Assembly: GCA_965223845.1 (NCBI GenBank)
Contig: CBDCXR010000004.1
Span: 3,232,001 to 3,296,000 of the forward strand
Direction: 5' to 3'
Origin: Planctomycetota bacterium
GTDB lineage: Bacteria; Planctomycetota; UBA8108; SXIK01
Length of the DNA stretch: 64,000 nucleotides
Shown here: in pieces, positions 11,574-20,263 of the stretch
How positions within the stretch are numbered: the first letter of the stretch is position 1
Layout: every line of letters begins with the position of its first letter
The notes under the pieces: model-generated
Told to the model about the DNA's origin: nothing
The model's database searches: none
What the model saw: the letters and a program-made list of their open reading frames with translations, nothing else
Made by a program: the position numbers and the translations under genes

Positions 11574-13127
11574 ATGAGCTCCGACCCGCTGAGCCCGATC
11601 GAATCCGATCTCGCGCGCTACGCGAGAGCCATGACGCGGCGGCACTTCTTTCGGAGTGGCGCGCTCGGCCTCGGGTCCGCCGCTCTCGCGTCGCTCCTCG
11701 AGCCGACGCGAGCACTCGCCGGCGGCGCGCCTCCGCAATCATTCTCGGCGACGGGCGGACTCCCCGGCCTCCCGCATTTCGCGCCGAAGGCGAAGAGCGC
11801 GATCTACCTCTTCATGGCGGGCGCGCCGTGCCAGATGGACCTCCTCGACTACAAGCCGAAGCTCGGCGACAAGTTTCGCGCGGATCTGAGAAAAGAAGTC
11901 TACGAAGACGGCTCCCCGGTGCTTCGAACCCGCGTCACCACGATGACGTCCGGGCAAGCCACGTTTCCGATTGCGCCGTCGAAGTACTCGTTCTCCCAGC
12001 ACGGCCAGAGCGGCGCTTGGGTGAGCGAGCTCCTTCCCTACACCGCGCGCATGGTCGACGATATCGCGATCGTGCGTTCGGTTTGGACCGAAGCGATCAA
12101 CCACGATCCGGCGATTACTTACATTCAGACCGGAAACCAGATTCCGGGGCGTCCGAGTCTCGGCGCGTGGCTCAGCTACGGGCTCGGCACGGAGAACTCG
12201 AACCTTCCGACCTTCGTCGTGATGACGCCGTATTGGACGGGACGAAAGGACGCACAGGCGCTCTACAATCGGCTGTGGGGATCAGGGTTTCTTCCGAGCA
12301 AGCACCAGGGAGTTTCACTCCGATCGAGCGGCGATCCGGTGCTCTTTCTGTCGAATCCCCCCGGGGTCGACGGAATCGGACGCCGGCGCGTCATCGACGC
12401 CGTCAGCCGTCTCAATCGTGCTCGCGCCGGGATCGTCGGCGATCCGGAAATCGAGGCGCGCATCTCCCAGTACGAGATGGCGTATCGGATGCAGTCCTCC
12501 GTTCCAGATCTGACCGACATCGCCGGCGAATCGGACGCCGTGCGCAACCTCTACGGTCCGGACGTCACGAAACCGGGATCCTTCGCTGCGAGCTGCCTCC
12601 TCGCGCGCCGGATGGTCGAGCGGGGCGTGCGCTTCGTGCAGATCTTCCACCGCGGGTGGGACCAGCACGGGAACGTCGCCGGAGATCTTCCGAAGCAGTG
12701 CCAGGACATCGATCAGCCGAGCTGGGCGCTCGTCCAGGATCTCAAGGCGCGCGGTCTTCTCGACGACACTCTCGTCGTCTGGGGCGGCGAGTTCGGCCGC
12801 ACGATCTACTGTCAGGGAAAGCTCACGCGAGAGAACTACGGTCGCGACCATCATCCGGGGTGCTTCACGATCTGGATGGCGGGCGGCGGGATCCGAGGTG
12901 GAGTCGTCCACGGCCAAACGGATGACTACGGCTGCAACATCGTCGACGCGAGCGGTCAGCCGACGACGGACTTCGCCGACGGCGCGGTCCACATCCGCGA
13001 TCTCAACGCGACGATCCTCCATCAGCTCGGAATCGACCACGAACGATTGAGCGTCAAGTTTCGCGGGCTGGACCTCCGACTCACCGGCGTCGAGGAGTCG
13101 CACGTCGTCTCGAACATCCTCACTTGA
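11574..13127 (+). CDS. DUF1501 domain protein (Tat-like leader)
   Basis: TRRHFF leader; [49 protein letters not shown]. Confidence 0.95.
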   Translation: MSSDPLSPIESDLARYARAMTRRHFFRSGALGLGSAALASLLEPTRALAGGAPPQSFSATGGLPGLPHFAPKAKSAIYLFMAGAPCQMDLLDYKPKLGDKFRADLRKEVYEDGSPVLRTRVTTMTSGQATFPIAPSKYSFSQHGQSGAWVSELLPYTARMVDDIAIVRSVWTEAINHDPAITYIQTGNQIPGRPSLGAWLSYGLGTENSNLPTFVVMTPYWTGRKDAQALYNRLWGSGFLPSKHQGVSLRSSGDPVLFLSNPPGVDGIGRRRVIDAVSRLNRARAGIVGDPEIEARISQYEMAYRMQSSVPDLTDIAGESDAVRNLYGPDVTKPGSFAASCLLARRMVERGVRFVQIFHRGWDQHGNVAGDLPKQCQDIDQPSWALVQDLKARGLLDDTLVVWGGEFGRTIYCQGKLTRENYGRDHHPGCFTIWMAGGGIRGGVVHGQTDDYGCNIVDASGQPTTDFADGAVHIRDLNATILHQLGIDHERLSVKFRGLDLRLTGVEESHVVSNILT

Positions 13128-13157
13128 GTCCGGGATCAGGCCGCCGAAGCGGAGGAT

Positions 13158-13985
13158 TCAGTGCTTCGCTTTCGCCGCCCGGATCGCCCGCAGAGCCGCC
13201 AGCGCCTCCGCCCGCACATCGGCGTTCTCGCTCCGGGCGAGGCGCTCGAGTGCCGATTCGCTTTCGGCGACGTTCGCCTCGCCGAGCCGAAACGCGGCGT
13301 AAATCTGCAAGTGACGATGCGACGCGCCCTCGAGCCATCCGAGCAGGACCTTGATCTGCTCCTCGGCGAGCGGCCGCACGGAGCGAATCTCGATCGCGTG
13401 GCCGGCGTCATCGCTCGAGATCGTCGGCGCCTTCTCGGGATCCACGCATTTGCTGATTCGGAGAAGCGCTTCGAAGAGAGGAGTGACGGAAACGACGAAT
13501 CCCGGTGCGCCGGGCATCTCCATCTCCTCGATGTTCAACTCTTCGACGCACTTCCACCATGCGCTCAAGCCCTTATCGAGCGGCTCGGATCGCATGCCAC
13601 TTCGGTGCTTGTCGAGTCCACGGATGATGTCGCGCTTCGTGAGCTCGCCCTCGCGCCAAATCGTGGCTCGGTAGAGGTCCGTTTGCAGCGCATCGAAGGT
13701 GACGTCGATCCCGAAGACGTCGGGAGTCTCGAGGAGAAGCGCTACGAATCGCTCGAGAGCGCGCCGACGTCCGCGCTCCGATCGCAGGAACTCCTCTGCC
13801 GCTCGTCGCTCCGGGGACTCCGGAGGGAACTCCGAGTACGCGAGGACGAGATCTGGTTCTGAGTCGAGCCCCCGAACGAGTCGGCGAACGCGAATCTCGT
13901 CCACGAAAAAGAGCGAGCCTACCCCGACCGCGATCACGATCGCGCCGAGCCCGAACACGGTCGCCCGGCTGAGTCTTCTTGGCAT
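13158..13985 (-). CDS. Membrane-anchored hypothetical protein with C-terminal HEAT repeat
   Basis: Within ORF 13158..14144. ATG13985 (MPRRLSRATVFGLGAIVIAVGVG) gives an N-terminal TM; C-terminal YAAFRLGE...SENADVRAEALAALRAI. Confidence 0.7.
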   Translation of the reverse strand: MPRRLSRATVFGLGAIVIAVGVGSLFFVDEIRVRRLVRGLDSEPDLVLAYSEFPPESPERRAAEEFLRSERGRRRALERFVALLLETPDVFGIDVTFDALQTDLYRATIWREGELTKRDIIRGLDKHRSGMRSEPLDKGLSAWWKCVEELNIEEMEMPGAPGFVVSVTPLFEALLRISKCVDPEKAPTISSDDAGHAIEIRSVRPLAEEQIKVLLGWLEGASHRHLQIYAAFRLGEANVAESESALERLARSENADVRAEALAALRAIRAAKAKH

Positions 13986-14100
13986 CGACGTGCTGTCGCC
14001 TCTCTCGTTCGCCGCCCCCTCGCCCCGAATCCAACGCAGTTCGGGACGTTCCGCGAGAGTCAGAGTATCAAGGATTCCACGAATTCGCAGAAAGTCAGAG

Positions 14101-14124
14101 ACCGATCGCGAGTCTATCGATCTA
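14101..14124 (+). promoter_or_regulatory. Candidate ECF-type promoter (ACC-N17-TCTA)
   Basis: ACC 14101-14103 and TCTA 14121-14124 upstream of the ECF gene; same pattern at 18478-18500. Confidence 0.35.
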
Positions 14125-14176
14125 CAGGGTCGGTGGTGCGGCATTCCGACCCGAGCCGAGGATCGATCGAGACCTC

Positions 14177-17032
14177 ATGAAAACGCAGCCCAGTTCCTCT
14201 CGTGTGGACTCCGCGATCGTCAAATCGATCCGCGCCGGACGCACCGAGGATTTCGAGAAGCTCGTTCTCCGCTGGCAGAAGCCTGCATTCGCAGTCGCGG
14301 TTGCGGTCGGAGTTCCCCCAGATCACGCTGCGGACGCACTGCAGGAAGCGTTCGTCCGAGCGCTTCGCGAGATCGAATCCCTCCGAGATCCCGGTTCGTT
14401 CGGTCCGTGGTTTCTCGCGATCGTCCGCAACGTCGCGCGGCGCCAGCTCGCGGATGCTCGCCGGATGGTGCTTTCACCGAACGTCGAGCTCAGCGCGGAG
14501 TCGTACTCCGATTCATTCGAAAAGCGAGAGTTCAATCGCTATGTCTGGTCGAAGGTCGACGCGCTTCCGGAGGCTCTACGCGAGGCGCTCGTCCTCTACT
14601 ACTGGGAGGGTGAGTCCGTGCGCAGCGTGGCGCGCGCGCTCGGGACCACGGCGGCGGCGGTCAAAAACCGTCTCCACAAGGGACGCGAAATCCTGAGGGA
14701 GAGACTGTGGCGCGAAATCGGAACCTCGATTCGCGACATGCTCCCTTCTGCGCGCGAGTGGAAACGCGGTGCGCGCCGCGTCTCCCTCATCGCAATCGCG
14801 AGTCTCCCCGCCGCTTGGACTCCGGTAGCGGCGGCCGGAGTGCACTCCGCCGCGACGACCGCCGTCTCGTCCGTGGCGGCCGAATCCACGGTGTCAGGAG
14901 GTCTCCTACTTATGAGCGGCAAAGTCGCACCGTCGATCGCGATCGGCTCGGTTCTTCTCTTTCTGACGGGGTTCTTCGCGGGCTACTCCATGGAGGAGCC
15001 GCGCCCCGAGAACAACTCGAAGGCTCCTACCGTAGTCGCGACCGAAACTCCCGCGCGCGCGGCGGCGCCGCAGACGGCGAACGATCTCGGGAGCCGGAGC
15101 GGAAACAGAGTAGACGACGCGCCGGCCGAGGTCGCCGTTGTTCGAGCTCCGCCGGACGAAGAGGTCACGACCGGAGCCTTGCGCGTCTCAGCGGTGTGGG
15201 CGCAGACGAACGAACCCGCCGCGGGGGTCCGCATCGAAGTCGAGCCTCGCGGTACGACCTTCCCACGCTACGCCGATCTCGCCGGCACAACGGACGATCG
15301 AGGCGTCGCCGTCATCGCGGCCGTTCCGGCCGGAATCGCGACCGTGCGAGCCGATCGCGCGTGGCCGCGGGGGCACGTGCGCGCTAGTCGCGCGGAGATT
15401 GCCGCCGGCGAGACGACCGAGTTTTTTCTTCGCCTCGAAGATCAGATCACCGTGGCGGGTCGCGTCGTCGACGCCGACGGTAGGCGCGTCCCCGACGCCG
15501 AGATCTGGCTCACTCGGAGCACCTTCGATCCGCATCAATCCGCGCGCATCTCAGCCTCGGACGAGAACGGCGAATTCTCTCTCCGCGGGGTCGAGAGCGG
15601 GCGCTACGTGTTTGCGCGGAAAGACGGTTTCGAGCCGTCGAAGATTCACGCCGCTAGAGGCGAGAGCGGCGACACGATGGTGCTCGAGCTTCAGCTCCCC
15701 GGTCGCGGGGGTGCGGTCGCCGGTCGCGTCTTCGCTCCCGATCGCAGCCCGGTGGCCGGAGCGCTCGTCGTGCTCGGGGATCGCCCCGGGATGAGCGGAG
15801 CGTACATCGCCCCGCCCGCTCCAATCGCGCTTCGCTCGGACCCCGACGGAGCCTTCGCTCTCGCGGGCCTTCAGCCCGGCCGCGTTCCCTTGCTCGTTCG
15901 GGCACCTGGACTCGCGCCGAGAGATACGTTCGTCGACGTGCAAGCGGGCGTTGAGGTCGAAGTCGACATCGAGCTCGAGCCGGGTGCAAGCCTCGCCGGA
16001 CGCGTCACCGACGCAAGCGGCTCACCCATCGAGCGCGCGCGGGTCGAGGTCGCGGTGGTTGAGGATCCTCTGCGTACGAATCCCGTGAATACCCACACGT
16101 GGACGGATGCTCGCGGCGATTTCGTCATCGAAGGACTCGCCGCAGGTCCGACTCCGGTCGCCATCAGCGCTCGCGGACGGCAGTCGTACCGAGAATCCGT
16201 CGAGCTCGCGCTCGGAGAGACCATCGAGATCGACGTCGAGCTTCGCGGGACCGTCACCCTCCGTGGCCGCGTCGTGTTCGAGGACGGAAACCCGATGACG
16301 AACGGGATCGTCATCGTTGCGGGCGTCTGGGAAAAGCTCGACCGTGAAGGGCGCTTTTCGGTGGAGAACGTCGAAGAGCGCGACTACTCCCTCTCGGTGA
16401 GAGAGCGTGAGCAACGGTTCGACTGCTTCCGCGCGGACGTCCGACCGTCGGAGGAGGAGATCACGATCGTCGTCCCGGAAGAAAACCGTGCGACCGCGTT
16501 CGTCGCGGGGAAGATACTCGACGCCGACGGAAGCGCGGTTTGGAAGGCAGAAGTTCTCTGCCTGAAGAAGGATCCCTGGCACGAGAGCAGCGTGCGATCC
16601 GGGTTTTTCGGCGGATTTCGGGTCGGACCGCTTCCTCCGGGTGACTACCGTGTGGCCGCGAAAACGAGCGCCGGCGCGAGGACGTGGCTCACGCGAACCA
16701 TCCGCGTCGAAGCAGGCGAATCGGTCGATGTCGGTGAGTTCAAGCTCGCCGCGGGCGGAGCATTGCGCACCGAGTTCGCACCCGGAGCGCGACAAGAGGG
16801 TCTCTGGCTCCTCGTGCTCGACAGCGACGATCTCCCCGTCGTCGCGGACCACGTAACGGCTGAGCGTTCACGGACGGATCCGGTCGTCGCGGGAAGGTAT
16901 CGCGTCACTCTTCGTCGTGGCGGGAAGGTCGCGTTTGAGCAATCCGTCGAGATCGAAGCGGACGCCGAGACGGTTCTTCGCGTCGGTGCGGACGACATCG
17001 CGGACGACACCACAGACGAGGAAGCTCCATGA
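14177..17032 (+). CDS. ECF sigma-70 factor fused to TM segment and tandem carboxypeptidase-regulatory-like beta-sandwich repeats
   Basis: Sigma2 (AADALQEAF, FGPWFLAIVRN), sigma4 (LPEALREALVLYYWEG, VKNRLHKGR), TM (IAIGSVLLFLTGFFAG), repeats (GRVVDADGRRV, GRVFAPDRSPV, GRVTDASGSPI, GKILDADGSAV). Confidence 0.9.
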   Translation: MKTQPSSSRVDSAIVKSIRAGRTEDFEKLVLRWQKPAFAVAVAVGVPPDHAADALQEAFVRALREIESLRDPGSFGPWFLAIVRNVARRQLADARRMVLSPNVELSAESYSDSFEKREFNRYVWSKVDALPEALREALVLYYWEGESVRSVARALGTTAAAVKNRLHKGREILRERLWREIGTSIRDMLPSAREWKRGARRVSLIAIASLPAAWTPVAAAGVHSAATTAVSSVAAESTVSGGLLLMSGKVAPSIAIGSVLLFLTGFFAGYSMEEPRPENNSKAPTVVATETPARAAAPQTANDLGSRSGNRVDDAPAEVAVVRAPPDEEVTTGALRVSAVWAQTNEPAAGVRIEVEPRGTTFPRYADLAGTTDDRGVAVIAAVPAGIATVRADRAWPRGHVRASRAEIAAGETTEFFLRLEDQITVAGRVVDADGRRVPDAEIWLTRSTFDPHQSARISASDENGEFSLRGVESGRYVFARKDGFEPSKIHAARGESGDTMVLELQLPGRGGAVAGRVFAPDRSPVAGALVVLGDRPGMSGAYIAPPAPIALRSDPDGAFALAGLQPGRVPLLVRAPGLAPRDTFVDVQAGVEVEVDIELEPGASLAGRVTDASGSPIERARVEVAVVEDPLRTNPVNTHTWTDARGDFVIEGLAAGPTPVAISARGRQSYRESVELALGETIEIDVELRGTVTLRGRVVFEDGNPMTNGIVIVAGVWEKLDREGRFSVENVEERDYSLSVREREQRFDCFRADVRPSEEEITIVVPEENRATAFVAGKILDADGSAVWKAEVLCLKKDPWHESSVRSGFFGGFRVGPLPPGDYRVAAKTSAGARTWLTRTIRVEAGESVDVGEFKLAAGGALRTEFAPGARQEGLWLLVLDSDDLPVVADHVTAERSRTDPVVAGRYRVTLRRGGKVAFEQSVEIEADAETVLRVGADDIADDTTDEEAP

Positions 17033-18078
17033 ACGCAGGGCGATGGATCGGAGTAGCGGTAGGAGCGGCGGTCATCATCGCAGTGGGGTTCTTCGCCGGC
17101 CGCGCGATGCGGGGCGTCGGCGAGCATCCCTCCGGCGCGGAAGGATCGTCGCGAGACGCGCCGAACGACACAGAAACGCCGGAGGAGACTTTGGGGCCGA
17201 TCGCATCGCCCATCTCCCCTGCCGCACCGACCGAGACCGTTCGTCCGAGCGAAGACGGGTCCGCGTCGCCCGCGCGCCGTGGACTCGCCGAGCTTTCGGC
17301 AGACGACTGGAAGGTCATCCGAGCCGTCCTCGAGATCGAAATGCCGTCGTCGCTCGAAAACCTTCGCCGCCTCTCCTCAGACCGGGCGTTCGCAAATGCG
17401 CGAGAGACCGTCCGCGGGAAGTTTCCGACCGTGGAGCCGGACGGACGGGGCGAGCTCACGCACCCCGCCGTGGTGACTGCGCTCATCGAAGCGCTGCTTG
17501 AGAACGCGGGAGTCCCGCTCGACGAAGAACAGTGGAAAGCCGCGGAGGAGCTCGTCGCTGACTACACGGATGCCCTCGCCGACGTCCAGAACCTTCACGG
17601 CGCCAATACGCCGAAGTTCGAGAAGGTCATCGACGAGGTCGGGCTCAAGCAAGACTTCCTCGACGCTCTGTCGGAGGGCCTCTCGGAGCCGCAGCGAACT
17701 GCACTCCGGAATGTCTCGCCCGCGGGAGAGGACTTTCCCGCGATCGCGTCTCCGCTTGTGATGGCCGACTTCGAAATCCACGAGGTACCGACCGACTCCC
17801 TCGACGAGCTTCGCGCCGGCTTCGCGAGCGAGCTCGCCGACGATTTCGAAATCTCCCTCGAATCCGCCGCGGTCCTCAATGAGCGCTATTTCGCGGCGAT
17901 CGCCCCCCTCCTCCGGAACGGTGGAGAGAGCTGGTCCACCATCGACCGCGCTCTCCTCGCGGGTCGGGCGCAGATCGAACTCTTCCGGCCGATCCTCGAG
18001 CTTCCCGATCTCGACGATCGCGCCCGGCGCAAGATCGTCGAGCGACTGCGCTGGCTGGTGATGGTTCCGGCCGAGTGA
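17029..18078 (+). CDS. Membrane-anchored helical hypothetical protein, homologous to the C-terminal domain of 18512..20239
   Basis: ATGA overlap with the upstream gene; N-terminal TM (WIGVAVGAAVIIAVGFFAG); LDEEQ and LSEPQ motifs. Confidence 0.8.
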   Translation: MNAGRWIGVAVGAAVIIAVGFFAGRAMRGVGEHPSGAEGSSRDAPNDTETPEETLGPIASPISPAAPTETVRPSEDGSASPARRGLAELSADDWKVIRAVLEIEMPSSLENLRRLSSDRAFANARETVRGKFPTVEPDGRGELTHPAVVTALIEALLENAGVPLDEEQWKAAEELVADYTDALADVQNLHGANTPKFEKVIDEVGLKQDFLDALSEGLSEPQRTALRNVSPAGEDFPAIASPLVMADFEIHEVPTDSLDELRAGFASELADDFEISLESAAVLNERYFAAIAPLLRNGGESWSTIDRALLAGRAQIELFRPILELPDLDDRARRKIVERLRWLVMVPAE

Positions 18079-18477
18079 GATTCTCACCTCGGCACGACGA
18101 CAACATCCCGCACTCGAGCGCACCCGATCGACGCGGCCCTTGAGCGGGAGCACCCGCTCCGAGAGAGATCTCGAGCGCGGCGCCGTTTCCCGCGTCGGCC
18201 GCACCGGGAAGGCGTTGAAGCGCCCGCGGAGCGTAGAGCTCAGAGGAGAGCGCTCGGATGGTGTCGACGCGGTCACCACGGTCTCCGCGGTCCGGGAGTG
18301 ACCGTCGGAAACGCGCTTCGCCTTCGGGCGAGGTCCATCATAAGCTTGGGCCCAGACGCGCTTTCGGAGCTTTCGTTCCCGTTTTGGGTCGCTCTGCTTC
18401 GAGTTGTGATCTCCCCGCCACGCCGATCGCGGCGCCCAGCCGTCCCGCTCCGCTACGCCCGAGAGAAAACCCGCATC

Positions 18478-18500
18478 ACCGCGCCTCCGCTCGGGCTCTA
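18478..18500 (+). promoter_or_regulatory. Candidate ECF-type promoter (ACC-N16-TCTA) with very short leader
   Basis: ACC 18478-18480, TCTA 18497-18500, ATG at 18512 with no Shine-Dalgarno. Confidence 0.35.
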
Positions 18501-18511
18501 TCTCATAGACC

Positions 18512-20239
18512 ATGAACGAACCTCCCGCCCCTTTCCTCGATCCCGACGCGCTCCTTGAAAACGGAGCGTGGATCCGCGAGTTGGCGCAGCGTCTCGTCGC
18601 GGATTCTTCCCGGGCGGACGACGTCGCACAGGACGCCTGGCTGTGCGCGGCCACTCGCACACTCGACGCGCCGCGGCGACCGCGTTCGTGGTTGTTCACC
18701 GTCGTCCGCAACCTCGTCGCCCGGTCGTATCGCGCCGATGCTCGCCGAGCCGCACGCGAACGATCCGTCGCCCGACCCGAGCGTGTGGACTCGAGCGCCG
18801 AGGCGATCCTCGAGCGCGCGGAACTCCAGCGTCAGGTCACGTCGGTCGTGCTCGAGTTGCGAGAGCCTTACCGCTCGACCGTGCTTCTTCGCTACTTCGA
18901 GGGTCTCACTCCAGAGTCGATCGCTCGACGCGAGGGAGTCGCTCCGGCGACGGTGAGATCTCGTCTCGGGCGCGCGCTCGGCGAGCTGCGCACACGTCTC
19001 GACCGGGAACATCGCGCGTGGACGATCCTCGCGTCTCCCCTCCTCGGATCTCCGACAACGACGGCCGGTTCGGGTTCGGTCGGATTCGCCACTGCAGGAG
19101 CGATCGCCATGAGCGAAAAAACTTTCTGGGCCGTCGCGGGCTGCGCCCTTCTCGGAACGGCGGTGGGCTGGGGCGTGCACACCGCGCTCTCTCCCGCCGA
19201 TGTCTCCGGTCGCCTCAATACGGCACTCGCTGCGGCTAAGGCACTCGAGGCCGAAGTCGAGCGCCTGCGCGACGAGCTCGACGAAACGAGTGACCGAGCG
19301 GGTCGACTCAAGGACGAGAACGAGGCTTTGCTCGCTCGCGTCGAAGACCTGACTCGTCGCTCGGTCGAGACGCAAGCGCCGTCCGTACCCGCCTCGTCCG
19401 CTGCCGCGGTTGGCGCTACCGACACGCTGGACTGGAAGAGCCTCGCCCAATTGGTCCGAGCGAACGCGGAGCTCTTGAGAAAACGGCAGGACACCCTGAG
19501 TTCAGCGGAGGAAGCGGCGCTCGCGTCGCTTCGCGGTAGAATTCTCGCCCTGGGCGCGGCGGCTAAGAGCGAATACGAGCGCCCGCTGCTCGTCCCCGGG
19601 TTTCTCAGCGATTTCGCCGAGGCGATTCTCGGCTCGGGCCTCGGCCTCGACGACGAGCAGCGCGAACTTCTGCGCGAACTCACCGAAGAGATCGAATCGA
19701 ATCTTCCCGCTCCCGACGCAGAGCTCTCACCGACCGAGCGTTACGCCATGCGCCGAGATCTCGTCGATTCTCTTCACGAGGAGCTCGAGACTCTGCTCGA
19801 TGAAGAACAGCTCGAGGCTTGGCCGCAACTCCAGGAGTACTCGCGCGGCCTCCTCCGGTACGGCGACCAGATGAGAATCGGGATCGATACTCCGCCAGAG
19901 AATTTCGTACGGCTCTGGGCGTCGAACACACTCCGGGCCGGAGAAACGGCCATCGACTTCGACTCGCTGGCACCGAGCGTCGAGCGCTTCTACGAAGACG
20001 TGCGCTCGGTGCTCGATCAGCACGGCGCGACGGATCCCGAGCGGTACGACAATCTAACACCCGAAAGTCGTCGACAGCTCCGAAACGAGCTTCTTCGCCT
20101 GCAGGGGACATTCGACCGCGAGGCGCTTCCGCTCGTCCCCGAGGACATTCGCGCGCGGTATCTCGATCGACCTCCGATGATCCTGGAGTTTCGGCCGGGG
20201 ACGAGCGTCGGAGTGACCGTGCGGGGAACGGTGTTCTGA
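18512..20239 (+). CDS. ECF sigma-70 factor fused to TM, coiled coil and helical extracytoplasmic domain
   Basis: ADDVAQDAW, RSWLFTVVRN, LREPYRSTVLLRYFEGL, TVRSRLGRA; TM FWAVAGCALLGTAVGWG; heptads (LEAEVERLRDEL). Confidence 0.9.
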   Translation: MNEPPAPFLDPDALLENGAWIRELAQRLVADSSRADDVAQDAWLCAATRTLDAPRRPRSWLFTVVRNLVARSYRADARRAARERSVARPERVDSSAEAILERAELQRQVTSVVLELREPYRSTVLLRYFEGLTPESIARREGVAPATVRSRLGRALGELRTRLDREHRAWTILASPLLGSPTTTAGSGSVGFATAGAIAMSEKTFWAVAGCALLGTAVGWGVHTALSPADVSGRLNTALAAAKALEAEVERLRDELDETSDRAGRLKDENEALLARVEDLTRRSVETQAPSVPASSAAAVGATDTLDWKSLAQLVRANAELLRKRQDTLSSAEEAALASLRGRILALGAAAKSEYERPLLVPGFLSDFAEAILGSGLGLDDEQRELLRELTEEIESNLPAPDAELSPTERYAMRRDLVDSLHEELETLLDEEQLEAWPQLQEYSRGLLRYGDQMRIGIDTPPENFVRLWASNTLRAGETAIDFDSLAPSVERFYEDVRSVLDQHGATDPERYDNLTPESRRQLRNELLRLQGTFDREALPLVPEDIRARYLDRPPMILEFRPGTSVGVTVRGTVF

Positions 20240-20263
20240 CGATCGGCGGCGCGGATCTCGCGC

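Noticed and set aside
14058-14100. AGTCAGAG direct repeat (14058-14065, 14093-14100) in the divergent promoter
   Set aside because: Only 8 nt in two copies; cannot be distinguished from chance.
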